A stretch of DNA of 61,440 nucleotides, counting the filler. It is 6 parts of 6 records of this genome, joined end to end, with 100 filler letters (N's around TTAATTAATTAA, not from the genome) between each part and the next. Parts side by side here need not be neighbours in the genome. Positions count along the whole stretch, not along the records: positions 52,887 to 61,440 come from SRR31156797_2670; 5 more parts are not named here. One strand, 5' to 3'. The position numbers were made by a program, and so were the translations under genes. The stretch's first letter is position 1. The number at the start of each line of letters is the position of its first letter. Shown here piece by piece: positions 52,887-61,440 of this stretch. The notes beneath the pieces are model-generated. The model did no database searches, was not told where the DNA came from, and worked only from the letters and a program-made list of their open reading frames with translations.

Positions 52887-52906
52887 AATTCATGAATTGC
52901 CCCTAC
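52887..52906. repeat. Partial copy of a GTAG-type palindromic repeat at the contig edge
   Basis: AATTCATGAATTGCCCCTAC, identical to 58905-58924. Confidence 0.75.
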
Positions 52907-52935
52907 ATACCCTGTTTAGCATATTGAATTTGATT

Positions 52936-53880
52936 TTAATTTACTCTCACACCTGAATACTCTTCTTCGATAGTAGTTCTGTACTCAGTTGGACTTAATC
53001 CCTGTAGTTTTTTGAAAAATTTACCAAAATAACTAGGGTCATCAAATCCTAGTTTATATGCAATCTCTTTAACGGAATCATCAGAGTTAAGCAGCATATT
53101 TTTTGCTCTGTCCATTACATAATCATTAATATACTCTTTTGTATTTCGTCCTGTTTCTTTTCTCAGCATATCGCTCAAATAGTTAGGAGAGAGGCACATT
53201 TCGGCTGCACACTCTTTTACACTTGGTATTCCTTTTAGTTCTAATTCATCAGAATAAATTCTGGAATTTAGGAAATCTTTGAATTTTTCAACAGTATCTT
53301 TATTCATATTCTCTCTGGTAATAAATTGCCTACCATAAAACCTTTCACTGTAGTTAAATAAAAGTTCCAGACTAAGATTTATTAAGCTGTGGCTATGAGT
53401 ATCAATATTTGAATTAAATTCAGTTACGATTTCATCTTTTAATCTATTTATGATCTCCTTTTCTTTATCAGAGAGATGAAGTGCTTCATTTGCATCATAA
53501 GTAAGAAAAGTATAGTTTTTGATTTTACTTCCCAATGAACTTCTCCTAATTAGATCAGGGTGAAAATATAAGCCCCATCCATCTAACTCTTGATCAGGAT
53601 CGATGTTTTCCATGGTCATTATTTGATTAGGTTCCATGAAATTTAAGACACCACTTGAGAAGTCATAGTGCTTTCTCCCATAGGTCATGTCACCAACACA
53701 TTTTGTTTTAAATAAAATCCCATATAGATTCATAATAACTTTAAAAGATTCCATCTCTTTAGCAAATTTTACTTTTGTAAAGTCTATGATTGAAATTAAT
53801 GGATGTCTTACCTCTCCATAATCTAATGCTTTGTGCAACTCCTCTATTGTACTAATCTCTATTTTAACTTTTTTACTCAT
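52936..53880 (-). CDS. AraC family transcriptional regulator
   Basis: C-terminal double HTH LSPNYLSDML...IAYKLGFDDPSYFGKFFKK; start at MSKKV after GAGGTG. Confidence 0.92.
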   Translation of the reverse strand: MSKKVKIEISTIEELHKALDYGEVRHPLISIIDFTKVKFAKEMESFKVIMNLYGILFKTKCVGDMTYGRKHYDFSSGVLNFMEPNQIMTMENIDPDQELDGWGLYFHPDLIRRSSLGSKIKNYTFLTYDANEALHLSDKEKEIINRLKDEIVTEFNSNIDTHSHSLINLSLELLFNYSERFYGRQFITRENMNKDTVEKFKDFLNSRIYSDELELKGIPSVKECAAEMCLSPNYLSDMLRKETGRNTKEYINDYVMDRAKNMLLNSDDSVKEIAYKLGFDDPSYFGKFFKKLQGLSPTEYRTTIEEEYSGVRVN

Positions 53881-53921
53881 TGAGCACCTCACATTCAATA
53901 TAAAATCTATATATATAAATT

Positions 53922-55124
53922 TTACGATTTTCTTTTTCTAACACCCAAAACTAATTTCATAATCCAAATTAACGGCTTAAACATAAAACTTTCCATATCT
54001 TTCTGGACTTTATTAAGTTCCTGAGGAATGGCGATATTTTGCGGACATTTTTTGACACAGATCCCGCAATTTACACATTGTGATGCAAGAGAGGCTTCAG
54101 TTGTAATTCCACCGTTCATAAATGCATACATCATTTTAGCACCTTTATCACCAAAAGTGTGAAAAGAATTATACTGCTCAAAACATAGCGGGATATTTAC
54201 TCCCTTTGGGCATGGCATACAGTATTGGCAGCTGGTACAGCCAACCCGCATTACTTTTCGGAAAGTATCAGCAGCTTCATCAACTAACCTTACCTCTCCC
54301 TCTGTAAGTGAGTCAGGAAGGGCCTCAGAGGCAATCTTCATATTTTCCTCTACGTGTTCATCTACATTCATTCCAGATAACACAACTGCTACTTCAGGAT
54401 GATTCCACAGCCATCTTAATGACCATTCAGCAGGTGTTCTTTTGATTTCGGATCTATTCCAAATTGCTTGAACCTCTTTTGGAGGAGTTTTAGCTAAATT
54501 TCCACCTCTTAGAGGCTCCATTATAATTACAGAGATATCTTTTGAAGCAGCATATTTTAATCCGGCTGTTCCCGCTTGGTTATTTGTGTCCAGATAGTTA
54601 TATTGGATTTGGCAAAATACCCAGTCATAATCATCAACTATTTTGCTAAAATCTTCAGCTGCCCCATGGAAAGAAAAACCGGCATTCTTAATTTTACCAC
54701 TTTTTAATGCATCGTCCAAAAATTCGATGACACCTTTCTTTTTACATTTTTCCCAGCTATCTCCACTTAGAGCATGAATCAGATAATAATCAATATAGTC
54801 TGTTTGAAGTTTTGCAAGTTGCTCGTCTAATATTTTATCCATATCAGCTTTTGAACTAGTCGACCAATGTGGTAATTTAGTTGCAATTTTTACTTTATCT
54901 CTATATCCGTTTTTAGATAAGGCTTTACCTAAAAAAGATTCACTTTTTCCATTATGATACGGATAAGCTGTATCAATATAGTTTATACCCTTATCAATTG
55001 CAGAGTATAATTGTTTTGATGCAAGTTCCTCATTAATACCTGTCCCTTTAGTAGGAAATCTCATAGCACCATAACCTAAAACTGATAATTTGTCGCCATT
55101 CTTTTTAATTTCTCTGTATTGCAA
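53922..55124 (-). CDS. Aldo/keto reductase with C-terminal [4Fe-4S] domain
   Basis: LGYGAMR, DTAYPYH, IATK, MEPLRGG, CTSCQYCMPCP and CVNCGICVKKCP; TTG start after GGGGG. Confidence 0.9.
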   Translation of the reverse strand: MQYREIKKNGDKLSVLGYGAMRFPTKGTGINEELASKQLYSAIDKGINYIDTAYPYHNGKSESFLGKALSKNGYRDKVKIATKLPHWSTSSKADMDKILDEQLAKLQTDYIDYYLIHALSGDSWEKCKKKGVIEFLDDALKSGKIKNAGFSFHGAAEDFSKIVDDYDWVFCQIQYNYLDTNNQAGTAGLKYAASKDISVIIMEPLRGGNLAKTPPKEVQAIWNRSEIKRTPAEWSLRWLWNHPEVAVVLSGMNVDEHVEENMKIASEALPDSLTEGEVRLVDEAADTFRKVMRVGCTSCQYCMPCPKGVNIPLCFEQYNSFHTFGDKGAKMMYAFMNGGITTEASLASQCVNCGICVKKCPQNIAIPQELNKVQKDMESFMFKPLIWIMKLVLGVRKRKS

Positions 55125-55260
55125 AATAATCCCCCCTATATTAATTATAAAAAAAGTTCCTATACAATCTTTACTAAAAATTATTGATTTTCATTTAATA
55201 ATATAGATTTTTTTCTCAAATATATTATATATCAATATTAAAAAAAGTAGAATGGACATA

Positions 55261-55289
55261 TTACTGATTGAGAGGTAATTTTTACTGAT
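55261..55289 (-). promoter_or_regulatory. Direct repeat, putative AraC binding site
   Basis: TTACTGAT at 55261 and 55282 (21-bp period) upstream of the reductase-araC pair. Confidence 0.5.
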
Positions 55290-55376
55290 ACAAGAAAAGT
55301 CTTTGGATCAAAAAAATTAAAAGTAACCGAAGCTCTTTCTAAAACTTGCAAGTTTATACTTTCCCAATGCATAAAA

Positions 55377-55406
55377 AAACTCACAAGTAAAAACTACCTG
55401 TGAGTT
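55377..55406 (-). terminator. 30-bp hairpin, copy 1 (terminator of the DUF2589 module)
   Basis: AAACTCACAAGTAAAAACTACCTGTGAGTT with a T-run on the minus strand. Confidence 0.75.
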
Positions 55407-55436
55407 AATCTTTATTATTATTTTAGATAATTCAAG

Positions 55437-55985
55437 TTAAAATGGAAATGTTCTTATTATTTGATCATTTATCCTTGCAACAGCCTCCGGTGCATCACCA
55501 TTTTCAAATTCAATTTTGATTTTGGCCATAGTGCTGTTTTTTGGAGAATTTCTAGTGTTTTTAAAATCAACCATTAGTGGTCCTTGATGATTTTCACTTA
55601 ATTTTTGTTCATTACTCTGTTCTTTCTTTTTGATGATGTTAGCAAAATTAAACCCTTTTTTCTTTGGTTCAATTTCTTCGAAACCTGAAATCTGAGCATC
55701 AAAAGAAATTTTCATATTTTTTATTTTCATTGATGTTGGAGGGGTTATTGAGATTACAGGTATTTCAAATTCAGAGTAGTTTATTTTGCCGTCTTCTCCA
55801 ACATGCGGCAATTTAATCGGCAAAGTTTTAGGTTTTCCGAAATTCTCTTTTGTTGTTTCTTCATTTGATTCATCTAGATAAAAATATCTATTAAGCATTC
55901 TTATGTGTTGTTGTTCTGTAAGTTTTTGAGCTTCAATTATTGAATTATGCATTGCTTTTAGAAGATTGTCTAAATTTACACTCAT
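55437..55985 (-). CDS. DUF2589 family protein (second paralogue)
   Basis: LDNLLKAMHNSIIEAQ, IPVISITP, KIKIEF..GDAPEAVARI; start at MSVNL after AAGGAG. Confidence 0.72.
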   Translation of the reverse strand: MSVNLDNLLKAMHNSIIEAQKLTEQQHIRMLNRYFYLDESNEETTKENFGKPKTLPIKLPHVGEDGKINYSEFEIPVISITPPTSMKIKNMKISFDAQISGFEEIEPKKKGFNFANIIKKKEQSNEQKLSENHQGPLMVDFKNTRNSPKNSTMAKIKIEFENGDAPEAVARINDQIIRTFPF

Positions 55986-56038
55986 TTGGCTTCTCCTTAA
56001 AAATTTAGTGATCATTCGAATCTAACATATGTGTTTTA

Positions 56039-56314
56039 CTATAACCAAAATGGTTTTCTTGAAAAGCCTATATGGTATGTAGTTACCTGCATTGTTATTT
56101 GATGTTCTCCAATTTGATAAACAGCAAAACCAACATCTTTTCCGATTATTTTTCCTTTTGGTGATTCATTCAAACATCTGTTTAAAAGATCCATCTGTTC
56201 ATCTTTTTTTTCATTTGACATTGGGTTATTAGGATTTAAATTACCAATTTCAATTCTTTTGACAAATGTAACATCTGATAAAGGAAAAGTTTTATTTTGA
56301 CTTTGATTAAACAT
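56039..56314 (-). CDS. Small hypothetical protein between the DUF2589 genes
   Basis: 91 aa, AAAGGA RBS, co-oriented with 22-nt and 53-nt gaps to its neighbours. Confidence 0.75.
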   Translation of the reverse strand: MFNQSQNKTFPLSDVTFVKRIEIGNLNPNNPMSNEKKDEQMDLLNRCLNESPKGKIIGKDVGFAVYQIGEHQITMQVTTYHIGFSRKPFWL

Positions 56315-56336
56315 GTTAATCCTTTCTTATGGTAAA

Positions 56337-56975
56337 TTAATGATTCTCTCCATTTGTTGTATCAGTAGTAGTTTGATCTGTATTTCCAGTATTTATTTGC
56401 TGAGTAGCAGGAGCTTTCGCTTCACCAACAGATTTTGGTGCAACAGCTTGATTCATCATATCGAGAACTCTTGCTAAGCCCTCCGGCATACCATGGTCAG
56501 TAGCTTTAACTTGTACATGATATTTAGCTGATTTATCAGTTGATCTTGTGTGTTCTTTGTGCGCAGAGATACTACCTTTTACACTTACAGAAGCACTAAA
56601 TGGACCTACTCCGACTTTTGCTTTTCCTGAAATCCCAATGTCTGTATCTTTTTTCTCAACAGATTTTTCAGATGATTTAATTTCCATATCAAAAGTGATG
56701 TCAACTAAATCAACTTTTAAACTTGGAATTTGAACAACTGAAAGTAAAGGTACTTCAATATCAACTTTTTCCTGCATAATAGCTCCATCATTTCCCACAA
56801 CAGGTCTATTAAATGAGAAGTCAGCTGTTCTAACTTTGTCACCTTCAAAACCAACTGTTTTAATAAAATCAGCAGTTGATTTTGCCAGATTAACATTTGC
56901 CTCACTAGCTGCTTTTAACGGTGCTCCGATAAGATCTTGCATTGGTAATCCCTGAAATTCTTGTCCTAATGCCAT
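56337..56975 (-). CDS. DUF2589 family protein (first paralogue, with long Ser/Gly beta-hairpin)
   Basis: FQGLPMQDLIGAPLKAA, VPLLSVVQIPSL, FDMEIKS, TRSTDKSAKYHV, PEGLARVLD; GAGGA RBS. Confidence 0.82.
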   Translation of the reverse strand: MALGQEFQGLPMQDLIGAPLKAASEANVNLAKSTADFIKTVGFEGDKVRTADFSFNRPVVGNDGAIMQEKVDIEVPLLSVVQIPSLKVDLVDITFDMEIKSSEKSVEKKDTDIGISGKAKVGVGPFSASVSVKGSISAHKEHTRSTDKSAKYHVQVKATDHGMPEGLARVLDMMNQAVAPKSVGEAKAPATQQINTGNTDQTTTDTTNGENH

Positions 56976-57320
56976 AATTATCCTCTCCTTTTGTCTGTTA
57001 TATCAAACTCAGTAATATATAGTATATTAGAGTTAAAAATAAAAATTAAATTAATCGTAATTGGTTTATTTCTTCTAAAATAAAAAAATATGAGAAAAGT
57101 AAGTTGTAGTGTGAAAATGTTTTTTATGAGAATTGAATTTCTAGAATACAATATATACATTTTAGTATACATAAAACCTGGTGTCAAACTATTTTTAGCC
57201 AAAAAAGCTGATATTGAGAAAAGTGGTGTTAAAGTAATTTTTTAATTAGCTGAAATTAGAAAAAAGGTGAAAAAAGCACTGAAAAATAGCAAAAATAAGA
57301 AAAAATAAAACTAAAAAAAT

Positions 57321-57350
57321 AAACTCACAAGTAAAAACTACTTGTGAGTT
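57321..57350 (-). terminator. 30-bp hairpin, copy 2 (terminator of the DUF1294 gene)
   Basis: AAACTCACAAGTAAAAACTACTTGTGAGTT; 29/30 identical to 55377-55406. Confidence 0.75.
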
Positions 57351-57355
57351 TAAAA

Positions 57356-57637
57356 TTACCGAGATAATATCCCGTTTCCAAATTCAAAAATTAAATAATT
57401 TCCAAATAATAAGATTGGTAAACTTAACCAAAAATACCATTTTCTGATTTTGTGTCTAAAAGCAATCATGGCAATTAAGCCACCCAAAGCTCCCATATAA
57501 ATCATAGTTAATAATAATACTGCTTCCGGAATTCTAGCTTTCCCGCGTTTTGCCTGCACTTTATCCAGTGAGAAAACAGCAAATGAAATTATACTCATAA
57601 TTCCCCAAACAATAAAAAGTAATCTAGTATTTGTCAT
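57356..57637 (-). CDS. DUF1294 family membrane protein
   Basis: DK..A......RIPE..L...GALG....M..FRHK motif. Confidence 0.85.
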   Translation of the reverse strand: MTNTRLLFIVWGIMSIISFAVFSLDKVQAKRGKARIPEAVLLLTMIYMGALGGLIAMIAFRHKIRKWYFWLSLPILLFGNYLIFEFGNGILSR

Positions 57638-57942
57638 TAAAGCACCTCTTTAAAATAATTTTTCTTTACTTTTTCTAAGATTATTACGATATTATATATG
57701 ATATACTAAAGCTATTTTATCTTAGTTTAACTAAAACTGCAAGAGGTGTTTATATAAGTATTTTATAAAAATTGATAATAAACACAGGGAATTATTGCTT
57801 TTTTCAGATAATTTATATATAATGTATGGGTAACTTGATAAATATAAAATAAATAAATTAAACTATAACTTTATAGTTAGAAATTTGAGGAAGTGTATGA
57901 AATAAAAAATATTTATTTCATAAATTTAAGGAGGATATTATT

Positions 57943-58851
57943 ATGAAAAAACTGGCCTTATTACTGGCAGGATTAGCAATTTTTAACCTATCTTTTTCAG
58001 CGGTAGAAAATATTGAAACAGGAAATGTTTATCTATTCGGAGATGGTGGAGACGCAAAAAATCTAGAAGCAAGAGATGATGAAGAAGGTTTAGGATTAGA
58101 TGAATTTGATATTCCATCAAATCAGAATCAAAACGGAAATGGAAATGATAGAGCTCAAGATAAATTCCAAATCGGTGTATCAATGATTTTAGGAAGTAAA
58201 GAGTACGAAGGTGACGATGCGCAATTTACATTTATGCCATTATTTGATATTCAATATAACGGAGTATATATTGATAAAACAATAGCAGGAATTAGAATTC
58301 TTGAAAGAGAGGATCTGACATTCGCTCTATTAGGTGAGTACAATATGATGGGATATGACGCTAACAAATTAACTGGAGATTATGCTACTGCTTTAAGTGA
58401 TACTGAAAATGAACTGCATGCAGGTTTTGGTATTGAGTTTAAGCCGGTTAATGCATCTGATATTCAGATTGACTTTAGATTAACGAGAGATTTCTCAAGT
58501 AAGAGTAATGGTTTCAAACTTCACATAGAGGGAGAAAGAAGCATCAGATACTCGCAAGAGATCGAAGTTGAACCAAGCGTATACTACACACTTTTAAGTC
58601 AGGATATGATCAATTATTACTACGGAATTACTAGTGCACAAGCATCAGGATATGACGTAAATACTTATTCAGCTGATAGTGCAGGATATGTTATTGGTGT
58701 AGGTTTAGATTTTGATTATCACTTAAGTCCGTCAGTAGTACTTAAATCATTCAATAAATTAGAGATGCTTTCAAGTGAAATTGTATCAAGTCCGCTTGTT
58801 CAAAATTCATTTAACTTAGAGATCGGTGCAGGATTCGTACTTGCATTATAA
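57943..58851 (+). CDS. MipA/OmpV family outer-membrane protein
   Basis: Signal peptide, YEG......P, YYYGI, I.SSPLV; GGAGG RBS. Confidence 0.75.
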   Translation: MKKLALLLAGLAIFNLSFSAVENIETGNVYLFGDGGDAKNLEARDDEEGLGLDEFDIPSNQNQNGNGNDRAQDKFQIGVSMILGSKEYEGDDAQFTFMPLFDIQYNGVYIDKTIAGIRILEREDLTFALLGEYNMMGYDANKLTGDYATALSDTENELHAGFGIEFKPVNASDIQIDFRLTRDFSSKSNGFKLHIEGERSIRYSQEIEVEPSVYYTLLSQDMINYYYGITSAQASGYDVNTYSADSAGYVIGVGLDFDYHLSPSVVLKSFNKLEMLSSEIVSSPLVQNSFNLEIGAGFVLAL

Positions 58852-58873
58852 TTTCGAATAATAATTTAAATAA

Positions 58874-60430
<1,557 letters not shown>

Positions 60431-60577
60431 CTATTTTTACTTGAAAAGAAGTAGAATAAGTCTTAATGATCAGCTTGAATTCTTCTAAAATATATATTAA
60501 AATAGAATATCATAAAATAAAATTATAAAAAAGTAGTCAAGTTAAGTAAGGTTAAATTATTTTCATACGGAGGAAAA

Positions 60578-61408
60578 ATGAGTTATTTTTTTAGAACGAA
60601 TGATTTTGAATTAGATAAATATGATATAGAGATAGAATGCCAGCCAAAATTTACTAAATCAGAGAGAGAGCTTTTTAATTATTTACTTGAGATTTCTAAA
60701 TGGGGAGAGGAATATACGGAAATTGATCTAATATCTCTTAGAGAGCGATTTGATGATTCTAGAAGACTTGCTTTTAAATTATCCAAAAAGCTAATAACTT
60801 GTTATATTAAAAATAAAAATAATAAAAGATCAGAAATTAGTTTTAGTATCTTTGATTTTATAATTTTTGAAGATCATAAATTTATATTTAATTTTTCAAA
60901 TGAAATCAAAAAATCTAAAAATTTTGGAAATTTTTATTCCAGAATAAATATAATTGGAATTTTACAGTTTAAACTGTTATATACTAAAAAAATATTTAAA
61001 ATATTTTTAAAACATCATGAAAAAAAAGGTGTGATCTATTATAGCTTAGATAAATTAAAAAAACTATTAGATATTGATTTAGAAAATTACAGTAGATTTT
61101 ATAATTTGGAGAATAAAGTCCTGAATCCAATAGTAAAAGATTTAGAAAATGCGGGAATAACTCTTTGGTTTGAAAAGGTAAAGAACTCTCCAGCAAAAAC
61201 GTCACGCGTAACAGGAGTAAAAATACATTATGTTAATCAACCGATTTCACGAATACACAATGATACTAATGAAATAATTAAAAAATATAGAGATGAAATT
61301 AAAGATTTTGCAAAAGCATATGAGTTAATTTATAATTTCAAAAAATTTAATACTTATGATGATACAATAGATTATGTTGAGAAAAACAAGGTTGATATAT
61401 TTGATTAA
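60578..61408 (+). CDS. Rep_3/RepB-like winged-helix replication-initiation family protein
   Basis: FK..YT..IF..., SLDKLKKLL....YSRFYNLENKVLNP..KDL, K....RVTGVKI patterns; GGAGG RBS. Confidence 0.65.
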   Translation: MSYFFRTNDFELDKYDIEIECQPKFTKSERELFNYLLEISKWGEEYTEIDLISLRERFDDSRRLAFKLSKKLITCYIKNKNNKRSEISFSIFDFIIFEDHKFIFNFSNEIKKSKNFGNFYSRINIIGILQFKLLYTKKIFKIFLKHHEKKGVIYYSLDKLKKLLDIDLENYSRFYNLENKVLNPIVKDLENAGITLWFEKVKNSPAKTSRVTGVKIHYVNQPISRIHNDTNEIIKKYRDEIKDFAKAYELIYNFKKFNTYDDTIDYVEKNKVDIFD

Positions 61409-61440
61409 AAACTATAATGATTGTCTAAATCTAAAGCACA

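Noticed and set aside
51489-56975. Functional link between the eCIS locus and the DUF2589 module
   Set aside because: They are separated by an artificial spacer and appear to come from different organisms
56978-57202. 74-aa ORF upstream of DUF2589-A
   Set aside because: Low-complexity translation of an AT-rich region with a weak start; more likely promoter DNA

Overview
This window is not one genome. It is six unrelated contigs joined by 100-nt artificial spacers (44 N + TTAATTAATTAA + 44 N). Taxonomic calls below are inferred from composition and gene style only. (1) 1-5265, GC-rich, probably a spirochaete: prfA-prmC-rel-trmL and a convergent fhs. (2) 5366-25502, Bacteroidota: sensor kinase, rsgA, a MacAB/TolC-type ABC export cluster with a selU(mnmH)-selD pair lying inside it, two nitroreductases, and a START protein with two SDRs. 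(3) 25603-34207, AT-rich Campylobacterota (Arcobacter-like): upp, uraA, REC-GGDEF-EAL, aguA and aguB, a DsrE-like protein, a cytochrome c and tsdA. (4) 34308-45068, Desulfovibrionaceae-like: MCP, aminotransferase, CoA-disulfide/persulfide reductase-rhodanese and a peptide ABC transporter. (5) 45169-52786, Bacteroidota: the distal end of an extracellular contractile injection system (eCIS) locus, with a DUF4157 cargo carrying an OmpA-like domain apparently inserted inside a zinc-protease toxin domain, followed by a candidate immunity gene. (6) 52887-61440, very AT-rich, probably Fusobacteriota: AraC with an aldo/keto reductase, a three-gene DUF2589 module bracketed by two near-identical 30-bp hairpins, MipA, bglA and a Rep_3-like gene. 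The best candidates for undescribed biology are the DUF2589 module (possibly an oligomeric beta-pore or filament system) and the eCIS cargo/immunity pair. No CRISPR array, rRNA or tRNA was recognised.
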